DNA of 46,176 bases from positions 1 to 46,176 of the forward strand of contig JBOGKK010000014.1 in NCBI GenBank assembly GCA_050745425.1. Direction: 5' to 3'. The notes under the pieces were generated by a model. It had not been told where the DNA came from. It did no database searches and worked only from the letters and a program-made list of their open reading frames with translations. Of this stretch, positions 9,472-18,886 are shown piece after piece. Both the position numbers and the translations under genes were made by a program. Position 1 is the first letter of the stretch, and every line of letters starts with the position of its first letter. The DNA is from Terriglobales bacterium. GTDB lineage: Bacteria > Acidobacteriota > Terriglobia > Terriglobales > SCQP01.

Positions 9472-10260
9472 ATGTTTGCAGAGACTGATCTGAGTGCGGA
9501 TGTACGGACCATCCGGCTCCTGCTGGCTTATGACGGCAGCGGCTTCCACGGCTGGCAGGTGCAGCCTGCCCAGCCTACCGTGCAGCAGGCGCTCAGCGAT
9601 GCGCTGCGGACGATTACCGGAGAGACAATCGTGGTGCATGGGTCGGGGCGTACCGACGCCGGTGTGCATGCCCTGGGTCAGGTCGCGCACCTGAAACTGC
9701 ACAGCCACTTGCCTTTGTCCAATCTGCGCCGTGCGCTGAACGCGCGCCTGCCGGCCAGCATCCGCGTGTTGGAGGTGGCCGAAGCCGCAGCCCTCTTTCA
9801 TGCGCGTCATGACGCGCACAGCAAGCTCTATCGCTATCGCATCTACCGCGAAGAGGTCTGCCCGCCATTTCTTGCCCACTACGTTTACCATCACCCGTAT
9901 CCCCTGAACGAAGCCGTGATGATCCTGGCGGCGCCTGCCTGGCAGGGACGCCACGATTTCCGCTCCTTTGCCGCCACCCCGGAAAAGGGCTCTTCTGTCC
10001 CCGCCACCACCGTGCGTACCGTCTTCCGCTCGGAGCTGGCGCGCCTTGGTGCGGAATTGATCTACGAGATTGAGGGACAGGGCTTTCTGCATCACATGGT
10101 GCGCAACATTGTAGGTTTCCTACTCGAGATCGGCCGCGGCGCGCGCACGGGGAGGGAAGTCGAGGCCGTGTTGGCCGCGCGGGCGCGCTCCGCAGCCGGA
10201 CCCACGGCGCCGGCGCGCGGGCTTTATCTCGTGCGGGTGGGTTATGGAGAGAACCGATGA
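9472..10260 (+). CDS. truA: tRNA pseudouridine(38-40) synthase
   Basis: LAYDGSGFHGWQVQP and the catalytic-Asp motif GSGRTDAGVHALGQVAH. 262 aa. Confidence 0.9.
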   Translation: MFAETDLSADVRTIRLLLAYDGSGFHGWQVQPAQPTVQQALSDALRTITGETIVVHGSGRTDAGVHALGQVAHLKLHSHLPLSNLRRALNARLPASIRVLEVAEAAALFHARHDAHSKLYRYRIYREEVCPPFLAHYVYHHPYPLNEAVMILAAPAWQGRHDFRSFAATPEKGSSVPATTVRTVFRSELARLGAELIYEIEGQGFLHHMVRNIVGFLLEIGRGARTGREVEAVLAARARSAAGPTAPARGLYLVRVGYGENR

Positions 10261-11561
10261 ACCGTCCACATCTCCATAACGAAGCCTCCGAGCCGCTTGT
10301 GACATCGCGTGCCGGCGTGCCCGACGCTGCTGTCGTTGCACGCTTGCAGGGGGATCGCGGCTTCGCCGCTGCAGTAAAACGGTTACAAGGTTGGGAGCAG
10401 TGGCTGCAGAAGAGGCAGATGGAGGTAACCTCCATTGCGGCCCCCACTGGCTTCGAGGCCGCGCGCGCCGAATGGATGCGCGCGCAATTCGAAGCCCTGG
10501 GCGCGGCCCCGACCATTGATGCCGCCGGCAACGTCATCGCCGAGGCATCCTCGATAGCCGGCGGCAAGGCACCAGCCATTCTGGTGAGTGCTCATTTGGA
10601 TACGGCCTTTCCTCCGGGAACGCTGATTCGGGTCGAACAGCGTGAGGGCCGCCTCTGGGGCCCGGGCATCTGCGACAACGGCGCTGGACTGGCGGCTCTG
10701 CTCGCACTGGCACGCATCTGGAACGAATCGGATGTGTGCAGCCGTGCCGCCGTCATTTTTGCTGCGACCGTCGGCGAAGAGGGCGAAGGCGATCTGCGCG
10801 GCATGCGTCACCTGTTCCGTCCCCGCAGCCGCTGGGCACGCCGCATTGGTTGGACGCTGGTGCTCGATGGTCATGGCGCTACTCACATCACCAGTGCCGC
10901 CTTGCCCAGTCTCCGGCTGCGGGTGTTGATCGAGGGTGCGGGTGGTCATAGCTGGTCTGACGCCGGGCAGGCCAGCGCCCTGCATGCCGCCGTGCGCATC
11001 GGGGCCGCGCTGCTGGCGCAGGTGCAGTCCGAGCCGGGCGAGTTGGCGTGTAACCTGGGCTTTCTCCGCGGCGGCAGCGCCGTCAACGCCATCGCCGCCC
11101 AGGCGGAAATGAAGCTCGATTTGCGGGCGCGCGATCCGCTGCGCCTGCGCCAGCTCGAACAGGCGGTGCGACGGGCGCTGGCCGCCGGCGTCGAACAGGA
11201 AAATGCTGCAGCTCGCAGCGGCCGCGTGCAGGCGCGGCTCGAATCCATTGGAGCCCGCCCCGGCGGAGAATTACCGCCCCACGCTCCCTTGCTGGCCGCG
11301 GTCCGCGAGGTTGATGCCGCCCTCGGCATCGTTTCTCATCTGCAGTGTGCCTCGACCGATGCCAATATCCCCATCGCCCAGGGCCGCCAGGCCGTGCGCC
11401 TCGGCGCCGGCGGTGCGGCCGGCGGCATTCACACTCTCGGGGAATGGTATAACCCCACCGGCCGCGCCCTGGCGCTGCACCGCATCTTCCTGCTCGTGGC
11501 CGCCCTCGCCGATGCGAGCTTCGCCTCACCGTTGCGGCGTCCCACGCTGCGCGCCAGTTGA
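10257..11561 (+). CDS. M20-family metallopeptidase (peptidase T / ArgE-DapE-like)
   Basis: ATGA overlap with the truA stop. Metal-binding style motifs SAHLDTAFP, GICDNGAGLAALLA and GEEGEGDLRGM. 434 aa. Confidence 0.75.
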   Translation: MNRPHLHNEASEPLVTSRAGVPDAAVVARLQGDRGFAAAVKRLQGWEQWLQKRQMEVTSIAAPTGFEAARAEWMRAQFEALGAAPTIDAAGNVIAEASSIAGGKAPAILVSAHLDTAFPPGTLIRVEQREGRLWGPGICDNGAGLAALLALARIWNESDVCSRAAVIFAATVGEEGEGDLRGMRHLFRPRSRWARRIGWTLVLDGHGATHITSAALPSLRLRVLIEGAGGHSWSDAGQASALHAAVRIGAALLAQVQSEPGELACNLGFLRGGSAVNAIAAQAEMKLDLRARDPLRLRQLEQAVRRALAAGVEQENAAARSGRVQARLESIGARPGGELPPHAPLLAAVREVDAALGIVSHLQCASTDANIPIAQGRQAVRLGAGGAAGGIHTLGEWYNPTGRALALHRIFLLVAALADASFASPLRRPTLRAS

Positions 11562-11572
11562 GCCGACGCGCC

Positions 11573-12490
11573 ATGCCCAGCACGGTGTTCATGTCCAGCA
11601 GCGCCAAACCGCGGCAAGCCCTTGCCGATGGCGCGCTGCTTGCCATAACCTGCATTTGGGGTATTACTTTCCCGCTGGTGAAATCGGCCCTGCGCGATAC
11701 CAATGCGCTCAGTTTTGTGGCCGTGCGCATGAGCCTGGCTGCTGTTCTGTTGATCGTGGGCTACCGGCTCGACTGGCGGCGTATCCCGCTGGCGGCCTGG
11801 AGTGCAGGCGCAGTCGCGGGTGCTTTTCTAGCCGCCGGTTACGCCTTGCAGACCGCCGGTCTCGCTCTCACCTCACCTTCTGCCGCGGCCTTTATTACGG
11901 GCACCATGGTGGTCCTGGTGCCGCTCCTGTTGGCGGCGTTCTGGCGCCGGCGCTTGCGCTCAACGGCGTGGTGGGGCGCATTGCTGGCGTTGGCCGGGCT
12001 CTATTTGCTGGTCGCCTATCCCGCCGCGGCTCAGGCTGCCGGCTCCGTCCGCACCTGGCGCGGCGATGCCATGGTCGGCGGCTGTGCGGTTGCCTTCGCG
12101 CTGCAGATCATCTGGGTGGGCGAGTGGGCGCCGCGCGTGAAGGTCGGCGATCTGGCCGTCCTGCAGATCCTGTTCGCGGCGCTGTTCACCTGGATGATGT
12201 TGCCGGCCGTCACTACGCTGCAATGGCACAACACCACCTACCTTTGGGTCGCCATTGCCATTACAGCTGTCCTCGCCACCGCGGTAGCCTTTGCGGTGCA
12301 GACCTGGGCCCAGCAATTTACGCCCGCAACCCACGCCGTCGTGATTTTTGCTGCGGAGCCTATTTTTGCCACGCTGGCCAGCGCCATCGGATGGCACGAG
12401 CACTTGCGTGCGATCCAGATTCTCGGCGCAGCCCTGATCGTGGCTGCGATGGTGGTCGTGGAGTGGCGTCCGCGCGCCAGCTCATCCTAA
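11573..12490 (+). CDS. DMT-superfamily (EamA-like) transporter
   Basis: About 10 predicted TM helices as two EamA-like halves (ITCIWGITFPLVK...). The start is ambiguous: TTG 11558, ATG 11573 or ATG 11591. Confidence 0.8.
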   Translation: MPSTVFMSSSAKPRQALADGALLAITCIWGITFPLVKSALRDTNALSFVAVRMSLAAVLLIVGYRLDWRRIPLAAWSAGAVAGAFLAAGYALQTAGLALTSPSAAAFITGTMVVLVPLLLAAFWRRRLRSTAWWGALLALAGLYLLVAYPAAAQAAGSVRTWRGDAMVGGCAVAFALQIIWVGEWAPRVKVGDLAVLQILFAALFTWMMLPAVTTLQWHNTTYLWVAIAITAVLATAVAFAVQTWAQQFTPATHAVVIFAAEPIFATLASAIGWHEHLRAIQILGAALIVAAMVVVEWRPRASSS

Positions 12491-12945
12491 TCCTGGTCAT
12501 CGAGCTCTGCGTGCATCAAGTCTTCCCAGAGAGTGCCGTAGCCAACCCATCGGAACAGCGGTGTGCGGTTTGCTGACAAGTGGACATCGGGGACGGTCAA
12601 CCGGCCGTGGCCGAACGTGCAGATGTATTTCGTGTGGGGCACGCCGTCGCGCATCACGCGGCTGTAATTGCCTTCCATCTGCGGCATGCGTAGTTTGCGG
12701 GCGCACACGCGGCAGCGGTAGACCTGGTCCACGGCGCACCACCACCCCAGAAAAAAACTCAGCAGCATTGCCAGGAACACGGCCACGGTAAAACCAAAGT
12801 CGCTGCCCAGGCGTGGCCACTCCGCTAACAGGCCCCCGCGCGTCAGCGGCATGGTCCAACTCGCCACCGTCCAGAAGCCGATTACCAAAAGCACCGAAAC
12901 CGCGAGTTTGATCGCGAGCAAGCCCCAATAATTAAAGTGCCGCAT
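12487..12945 (-). CDS. hypothetical membrane protein with C-terminal Cys/His zinc-ribbon-like motif
   Basis: Two hydrophobic helices are followed by CRVC...(22 aa)...CTFGH. ATG at 12945 is preferred over TTG at 12966. No family was recognised. Confidence 0.45.
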   Translation of the reverse strand: MRHFNYWGLLAIKLAVSVLLVIGFWTVASWTMPLTRGGLLAEWPRLGSDFGFTVAVFLAMLLSFFLGWWCAVDQVYRCRVCARKLRMPQMEGNYSRVMRDGVPHTKYICTFGHGRLTVPDVHLSANRTPLFRWVGYGTLWEDLMHAELDDQD

Positions 12946-13011
12946 CTGGATCCTTAGACGCCGCAAAAACTACTTTGGCTCGTTCGTGGCCTTGCGGGCG
13001 CACGGCGGCCG

Positions 13012-13106
13012 TGGCGGAAGCGCATCGGAGTCGAACCGATCCAGCGCCCATTGGACGCCGCATTGGTTTTGAAGACCAAGGCAGCCACCCGGCCACATGC
13101 GCTTCC
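13012..13106 (-). tRNA. selC: tRNA-Sec (anticodon UCA), 95 nt with encoded CCA
   Basis: The reverse complement folds as follows. Acceptor stem GGAAGCGC/GCGCTTCC, 8 bp. D stem GTGGCC/GGCTGC, 6 bp, with 4-nt loop GGGT. Anticodon arm TTGGT-CTTCAAA-ACCAA (UCA). Long extra arm of 7 bp with a 5-nt loop. T arm ATCGG-TTCGACT-CCGAT. Discriminator G, then CCA. This is the bacterial 8/5 tRNA-Sec architecture, and the 3' half closely resembles E. coli selC. Confidence 0.9.
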
Positions 13107-13151
13107 GCCTCCATCGTAGCAAGTGGACGGGGGAGTGTCGGTCCCGCCGCT

Positions 13152-15800
13152 ATGATGGAATGCATGGCAACGGGACTGGGCGTGCGTGTGGACCTGAGCG
13201 CCGATCCGGCGGCAGCCGCGGCTGGCCTGGAGCGATTCTGGGCGGCGGCGCCCGCCGCCGTCCGCGCTCTGCTCGCGCGCGACCGCGGCTTGGCCCAGGC
13301 GCTGGTCACGCTACTAGCGGGCAGCGAATTCCTCTCGGAAGCCTTGCAACGTTATCCCGACTGGCTTGTTTGGCTGGCCGCCGAACGCGAACGGCCCGCG
13401 CGCGCCGCCGATGAGTGGGCGGCAGCGCTCGCGGCCTTCACCGCCGGGGCGCCCAAAAGCGACCGCTCGTGTGCGTTGGCACGCTTTAAAAAGCGCGAAT
13501 ACCTGCGCATTGCCGTGCGCGACCTGGACGGCCGCGCCGGCTTGGCCGAAACTACCCGCGAGCTCAGCGATCTGGCCGATGCTGTACTGCAGCAGGCCTA
13601 CGTGTGGTGCTGGAACGAACTGGTGAGCTCGTGGGGTACACCGCAAACGGCCGCGGGCGCCGGCGCCGAACTGGCAGTCATCGCGCTGGGCAAGCTGGGC
13701 GGTGGCGAGTTGAATTACAGCTCTGATATCGATCTCATGTTCGCCTACAGCGGCGAGGGCCGCACCGAGGGTGGGGTTGCCAGCCTGAGCAACGCCGAGT
13801 TTTTTTCCCGCCTTGCCCAAGGCCTGGTGCGCTACGTTTCGCAGGCGAGCGAGGAGGGTGCTGCCTACCGCGTCGATTTGCGGCTGCGCCCGGGAGGACG
13901 CGAAGGCGAGCTGGTGCAGTCGCTGGCGCAATTGCAACGTTATTACCGCACTGAGGCGCGCGAGTGGGAGTTGCAGATGCTGGTGCGGGCTCGGGGCGCC
14001 ACTGGTGCGCGTGAGCTGGCCACTGCGCTGCTGCGCGACGCCGCCGCGCGCATCTATCCGCCGCTGCCGGACGAGGGCGCGATTGCCGATGGCGTGCGCG
14101 CCTCGCGGCAGGCCATCAGCGCCCAATTGCGCCGCCATCGCGCCACCCGCCGCCGCAGCGGCGCCATCGACGTCAAGCTGGATCCTGGCGGTATCCGCGA
14201 TATCGAATTCCTCACGCAATATTGGCAGCGCCTCCACGGCGGCAGCGAACCTTGGGTGCGCAGCGGCCATACCCTGCAGGCGTTGCAGCGCTTGCATGAT
14301 ATGCGCCGCATCCGCGGCGCGGAGTTGCAGACGCTGGCCTCTGCCTACGGACTTTTGCGCCACACCGAGCACCGGCTCCAGTTGCGGCTGGGGCAACAGA
14401 CGCACACACTGCCATCGCGCCCGGAGCGTCTCCAGGCTCTTGCGCGCCAACTGAGCGTACCCGATGCTGCCGCCGCCATTACCGCACAAATGTTCGCCGT
14501 GCGCGCTCTCTACGCCCACTATCTCGAGGGAGCCTCGGCGCGGCCTGCCGGGCCTGAGCCCGCTCGCGTGCGCGACTGGCCTGCGTCCGTGCGCTTCAGC
14601 GCACATGGGATGCGTCAGGCGCAGCGGCTCGATCGCAGCCTGGCCACGTGGCCGGACGGTGCTGCCGCCTGGATGCAATTGCCCGCTCCCGTGCAGCAGC
14701 GCGTGGCCACACTGCTCGAAGCGAGTGACTGGGCCGCGGAGACTTTGATCCGGCGTCCGGCGCTGGCTCAGGCGCTTGCCCGCGGCGCTGCTCCTGCCCC
14801 CGCTCCCGGGACGGATCTGAATCGCAGCATGGTTGCCCTGCGGGTTTGGCAGCAGCAGCAAGCCTTATGTCTGCTCAGCCTTGAGTGGGACGAGCGCCGC
14901 GGCATTGCCGCTACGCTTGCGGCGCACACGCAATTGGCAGAAACAACCTTGCGCGCCGGACTCGACCTGGCCTCGACGGTTGCACCTCCGGCACCGTCGC
15001 TGACGATTCTGGGCCTGGGCCGATTGGGCCTGGGCGAAATCGATCTGCTCTCCGATGTGGATGTGGTTTTTGTGGCTGCTGAAGCCGATCGTGAGGCCGC
15101 GGCCACGCTGGCCGCGCGCTGGATTGAGGTCATGACCGCCTACACCCAGGCAGGAACGCTCTACGCCGTCGATACGCGGCTGCGGCCGGGAGGCCGCGAG
15201 GGTGAGCTGGTGCAGACGCCGGCAAGTATGGTGCGCTACTTCGAGCAGAAAGCCGGCTTGTGGGAGGCGCTCAGTTATCTCAAAGCCCGCGTGACCGCCG
15301 GCGATGCCACTTTGGGCAATGCGGTGCTGCAACAGGTCCACGCTGTCCTGCGCCAGCGCTTTACCGACTCCAGCATGTCGGCCGATTTGCGCAGTTTGCG
15401 TGATCGGATCGAACGCGAGGGCAATCCCGGAACCTGGGGCTTAAAAACCGTTCCTGGCGGATACTACGATGTGGACTTTTTAGTCTCGCATGAACTCCTG
15501 TGCGCCGGCCACTCCGGAACGGGTCCCGCCGGTCTGGCCGGTTGGGCGCAGGCCGCTGCCCACCCGGAGCTGGCCGGGCTGGTGGAGTATTTGCGCGCCG
15601 CCGATCATGCCCTGCGCGTGGGGACGGGTAAGGCCGGCGCCGCCGTCCCTGCCACCGGTGCTGCGGTGGAGCGTGCCTGGACGTGGCTCGATCGCACCCA
15701 TCCGGAACCGCCTCGCGTTGCTGCTGGATCTGGCGCTCCGCTGCAGCGGATTGCTGCTGTGCGCGCACGTATCCGTGAGTTGTATCAAGAGTTGCTATAG
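13152..15800 (+). CDS. glnE: bifunctional glutamine synthetase adenylyltransferase / adenylyl-removing enzyme
   Basis: Two nucleotidyltransferase halves, each with GKLGGGELNYSSDIDLMF / GRLGLGEIDLLSDVDVVF and Y(R/A)VD(L/T)RLRPGGREGELV motifs. The start is set at ATG 13152 because the upstream part of the ORF overlaps selC. Confidence 0.9.
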   Translation: MMECMATGLGVRVDLSADPAAAAAGLERFWAAAPAAVRALLARDRGLAQALVTLLAGSEFLSEALQRYPDWLVWLAAERERPARAADEWAAALAAFTAGAPKSDRSCALARFKKREYLRIAVRDLDGRAGLAETTRELSDLADAVLQQAYVWCWNELVSSWGTPQTAAGAGAELAVIALGKLGGGELNYSSDIDLMFAYSGEGRTEGGVASLSNAEFFSRLAQGLVRYVSQASEEGAAYRVDLRLRPGGREGELVQSLAQLQRYYRTEAREWELQMLVRARGATGARELATALLRDAAARIYPPLPDEGAIADGVRASRQAISAQLRRHRATRRRSGAIDVKLDPGGIRDIEFLTQYWQRLHGGSEPWVRSGHTLQALQRLHDMRRIRGAELQTLASAYGLLRHTEHRLQLRLGQQTHTLPSRPERLQALARQLSVPDAAAAITAQMFAVRALYAHYLEGASARPAGPEPARVRDWPASVRFSAHGMRQAQRLDRSLATWPDGAAAWMQLPAPVQQRVATLLEASDWAAETLIRRPALAQALARGAAPAPAPGTDLNRSMVALRVWQQQQALCLLSLEWDERRGIAATLAAHTQLAETTLRAGLDLASTVAPPAPSLTILGLGRLGLGEIDLLSDVDVVFVAAEADREAAATLAARWIEVMTAYTQAGTLYAVDTRLRPGGREGELVQTPASMVRYFEQKAGLWEALSYLKARVTAGDATLGNAVLQQVHAVLRQRFTDSSMSADLRSLRDRIEREGNPGTWGLKTVPGGYYDVDFLVSHELLCAGHSGTGPAGLAGWAQAAAHPELAGLVEYLRAADHALRVGTGKAGAAVPATGAAVERAWTWLDRTHPEPPRVAAGSGAPLQRIAAVRARIRELYQELL

Positions 15801-15807
15801 ACCGATT

Positions 15808-16035
15808 GTGGCTGGAGCGCTAGGAGTGAAACTACTTTTTCCGCTACTATATTGGGTTGGGCTCATTGTGGCGCTGATTGGGGTTGGATTGCGCTTCTGG
15901 ATGGGCTCGCTGCAGTGGGGCCTGGGTCTGGCCGTATTGGGTGTGTTATTGCTGCTCGGCGCACGCGTGGCGCAGACGCTGTACCACCATTTGCGGCGCC
16001 CGATTCGCGATCCTGGCAGCCGCGGCCGACGCTAG
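15808..16035 (+). CDS. small hypothetical membrane protein (2 TM)
   Basis: GTG start, either 15808 or 15826. Two hydrophobic helices and a basic tail. It sits between glnE and icd on the same strand. The call is weak. Confidence 0.3.
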   Translation: MAGALGVKLLFPLLYWVGLIVALIGVGLRFWMGSLQWGLGLAVLGVLLLLGARVAQTLYHHLRRPIRDPGSRGRR

Positions 16036-16057
16036 GTAAAGGAGATGGATTTCATTC

Positions 16058-17311
16058 ATGCGCAGCTATAACGGTAGTGAGGTGCCGCGCGGCGAAGCCA
16101 CGCAGGCCGACAAAGGTCATTTCATCGTGCCCGACCACCCCATCATCCCTTACATTGAGGGCGACGGCACCGGTCCCGATATTTGGCGCGCGACGCAGCC
16201 GGTACTTGATGCCGCCGTCGAGTTGAGCTATGGCGGCAAACGCAAGATCGCCTGGTTCGAGGTCTTCGCCGGTGATACGGCGTTCCAGCGCTTTGGCGAA
16301 TGGCTGCCCGAGGATACGGTGCAGGCAGCGCGTGATTTCCGCATTGCTATCAAGGGGCCGTTGACCACTCCCGTGGGGGGCGGCATCCGCAGCCTCAACG
16401 TCAGCCTGCGCCAGAAGATGGATCTGTACGCCTGCGTTCGTCCGGTCAAGTACTATCCCGGCGTGCCTTCTCCGGTGAAGGATCCGGAAGCTGTCGACGT
16501 GATCATCTTCCGCGAAAACACCGAAGACGTCTATGCCGGCATCGAGTTCAAGGAAGGCACCCCGGATGCAGCTGCCCTGATCCAATTTCTGCACGATCAG
16601 TTCGGTAAGGACGTGCGCTCCGACTCCGGCGTCGGCATCAAGCCGATTTCCATCACTGGGTCCAAGCGATTGGTGCGCCAGGCCCTGCGTCACGCCATCG
16701 AGCAAAAGCGCACCGTGGTAACGCTGGTCCATAAGGGAAATATCCAGAAGTTTACCGAAGGTGCGTTCCGCGACTGGGGCTACGAGGTTGCAACCCAGGA
16801 GTTCCGCGACCAGTGCGTCACCGAAGCCGAACTCTGGGCCGCTCCCCATAATGGCAAACTGCCGGCCGGCAAGATACTTGTCAACGACCGCATTGCCGAT
16901 TCCATGTTCCAGCAGATCCTTTTGCGGCCGCGCGACTATCAGGTCATCTGCACTACGAACCTGAACGGCGACTACCTGTCCGATGCCTGCGCGGCGCAGG
17001 TCGGCGGACTGGGGCTGGCGCCCGGCGCAAACGTCAGCGAAGAATACGCATTTTTTGAGGCTACGCACGGCACCGCGCCCAAGTACGCCAATCAGGATGT
17101 GATCAACCCCAGCTCGCTGATTCTGAGCGGGGTCATGATGCTCGACACCATGGCCTGGCACGAAGCCGCACGCCTGGTGGAAAGCGGCTTGGCGGCTGCC
17201 ATCCGGCAGAAACGCGTGACCTACGATCTGGCGCGCCAGATGGAGGGCGCGACGAAACTGAAGACCAGCGAGTTCGCGGCCGCCATCGTGGCCAATATGA
17301 GGAAGGCTTAA
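16058..17311 (+). CDS. icd: NADP-dependent isocitrate dehydrogenase
   Basis: AAAGGAGA lies upstream. [23 protein letters not shown] and NLNGDYLSD motifs run collinear with E. coli Icd. 417 aa. Confidence 0.95.
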   Translation: MRSYNGSEVPRGEATQADKGHFIVPDHPIIPYIEGDGTGPDIWRATQPVLDAAVELSYGGKRKIAWFEVFAGDTAFQRFGEWLPEDTVQAARDFRIAIKGPLTTPVGGGIRSLNVSLRQKMDLYACVRPVKYYPGVPSPVKDPEAVDVIIFRENTEDVYAGIEFKEGTPDAAALIQFLHDQFGKDVRSDSGVGIKPISITGSKRLVRQALRHAIEQKRTVVTLVHKGNIQKFTEGAFRDWGYEVATQEFRDQCVTEAELWAAPHNGKLPAGKILVNDRIADSMFQQILLRPRDYQVICTTNLNGDYLSDACAAQVGGLGLAPGANVSEEYAFFEATHGTAPKYANQDVINPSSLILSGVMMLDTMAWHEAARLVESGLAAAIRQKRVTYDLARQMEGATKLKTSEFAAAIVANMRKA

Positions 17312-17341
17312 TCAGCAGAAGGGAAGAGAAGGGAATCATCC

Positions 17342-18268
17342 ATGCGTAAGAAAATTACTGTCGTCGGGGCCGGGAACGTCGGCGCCACCACCGCTCACTG
17401 GCTGGCCATCCGCGAGATTGCGGACGTGGTTCTGGTGGATATCGCCGAAGGCATGCCTCAGGGCAAGGCACTCGACCTGCGCGAGGCCATGCCCATCATT
17501 GGCAAGGACGTCGCCATCACCGGCGCCAACGACTACGCCGCCACCGCCAACTCCGATATCGTCATCATCACCGCCGGCTTGGCGCGCAAGCCCGGCATGA
17601 GCCGCGACGACCTGCTGAAAAAAAACCACGAGGTCATCTCCAGTTGCGTCGAGAATGCCGTCAAGCATTCGCCCAACAGCATCCTGATTCTGGTGACCAA
17701 CCCGCTCGATGCCATGGCGCAGACTGCCTTCAAGCTCAGCAAGTTCAGCCGCAATCGTGTCATCGGCATGGCGGGCGTGCTCGACTCCGCCCGCTTCGCC
17801 ACCTTCATCGCCATGGAACTGGACGTCTCGGTGGAAAACGTCAACGCCTTCGTGCTCGGCGGCCACGGCGACACCATGGTCCCGCTGCCGCGCTACACCA
17901 CTGTTGCCGGCATCCCCATCACCGAGTTGATGGATGCGGCGACCATCGAGAAGCTGGTGCAGCGTACGCGCAAGGGCGGCGGCGAAATTGTGGCCCTGCT
18001 CAAGACCGGCAGCGCCTTCTACGCCCCTTCGGCCGCCGCAGTGCAGATGGCCGAAGCCATCCTGAAAGATAAAAAGCAGATTTTGCCCTGCGCCGCCTAT
18101 CTCGAAGGCGAGTACGGCATCAAAGGATTATTCGTCGGTGTGCCGTGCAAGCTCGGTGCCCGCGGCATCGAAAAGGTCATCGAAGTCAAGCTCAGCGCTG
18201 ACGAGCAAGCCGCGCTGCAGAAGTCTGCGGATTCTGTCCGCGAATTGGTAACCGTCATCGGCGTCTAA
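17342..18268 (+). CDS. mdh: malate dehydrogenase (LDH-like type)
   Basis: [18 protein letters not shown] Rossmann start, [16 protein letters not shown] and [11 protein letters not shown]. 308 aa. Confidence 0.95.
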   Translation: MRKKITVVGAGNVGATTAHWLAIREIADVVLVDIAEGMPQGKALDLREAMPIIGKDVAITGANDYAATANSDIVIITAGLARKPGMSRDDLLKKNHEVISSCVENAVKHSPNSILILVTNPLDAMAQTAFKLSKFSRNRVIGMAGVLDSARFATFIAMELDVSVENVNAFVLGGHGDTMVPLPRYTTVAGIPITELMDAATIEKLVQRTRKGGGEIVALLKTGSAFYAPSAAAVQMAEAILKDKKQILPCAAYLEGEYGIKGLFVGVPCKLGARGIEKVIEVKLSADEQAALQKSADSVRELVTVIGV

Positions 18269-18285
18269 AAGTAAAGGAGCCTGTA

Positions 18286-18807
18286 ATGAACCCCATCGAA
18301 CGTCCCAAAGCTACGACCATGAAAGGCAACCCGCTCACCCTGATAGGCCCCGTGCTCAAGGCCGGCGACAAGCTACCCGAATTCACCCTCGTCGATAATG
18401 GCATCAAGCCGGTTACCGCTGCCGATACCGCGGGTAAGGTCCGCATCTTCAGCGTTGTACCTTCGCTCGATACGCCGGTGTGCGACCTGCAGACCCGCCG
18501 CTTCAACGAAGAAGCCGCCAAATTAGGCGATAAAGTGAAGGTCTACACCGTAAGCGCCGATCTGCCGTTTGCGCAGAAGCGCTGGTGCGGCGCCGCCAAC
18601 GCCACCAACCTCCAGACTCTGTCCGACTACCAAACGGGCTCGTTCGGCAAGGCCACCGGCACCTTCATCAAGGAGCTGTACCTCAACTCGCGCGCCGTCT
18701 TTGTCGTCGATGGCAACGGCACCATCCGCTACGCCGAATACGTGCCCGAAATCGGCGAGCACCCCAAGTACGAGGCGGCACTCGCCGCCGCCCAATCCTT
18801 GCTGTAA
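18286..18807 (+). CDS. tpx: thiol peroxidase (atypical 2-Cys peroxiredoxin)
   Basis: AAAGGAG RBS. VPSLDTPVCDLQTRRFN peroxidatic Cys motif, and the resolving Cys in FAQKRWCGA. 173 aa. Confidence 0.9.
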   Translation: MNPIERPKATTMKGNPLTLIGPVLKAGDKLPEFTLVDNGIKPVTAADTAGKVRIFSVVPSLDTPVCDLQTRRFNEEAAKLGDKVKVYTVSADLPFAQKRWCGAANATNLQTLSDYQTGSFGKATGTFIKELYLNSRAVFVVDGNGTIRYAEYVPEIGEHPKYEAALAAAQSLL

Positions 18808-18852
18808 CTGGCGCCCACGCCAGCGCAGCCGCTTGATCGTGAGCGGCTGCGC
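18808..18852. terminator. two tandem GC-rich hairpins between convergent tpx and PPIase genes (putative bidirectional terminator)
   Basis: First hairpin: CTGGCG(18808-13)/CGCCAG(18818-23) with a 4-nt loop. Second hairpin: GCGCAGCCGCT(18823-33)/AGCGGCTGCGC(18842-52) with an 8-nt loop. There is no clear U-tract. Confidence 0.5.
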
Positions 18853-18886
18853 CGCGTGTGCCCTAATCCCTAACCCCTAACCCCTT

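Noticed and set aside
12975-13151. Upstream 59 codons of the glnE ORF
   Set aside because: This stretch is occupied by the tRNA-Sec gene on the opposite strand. GlnE similarity begins after ATG 13152.
13314-14861. 515-aa ORF antisense to glnE. The same phenomenon occurs at 30912-32414 (antisense to purH), 41118-42521 (antisense to lhgO), 16052-17161 (antisense to icd), 32872-33972 and 34410-35483 (antisense to the ACAD and A-domain genes), and 4897-6036 (antisense to the permease).
   Set aside because: All lie opposite confidently identified genes. All are Arg/Ala/Gly/Pro-rich and lack motifs. They are GC-driven open frames.
18861-18885. Telomere-like CCCTAA-type run (CCCTAATCCCTAACCCCTAACCCC) after the tpx terminator hairpins
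   Set aside because: There are only about four imperfect units in an intergenic spacer of an otherwise ordinary chromosomal region. No second copy or inverted partner is present. It is most likely chance or simple slippage.
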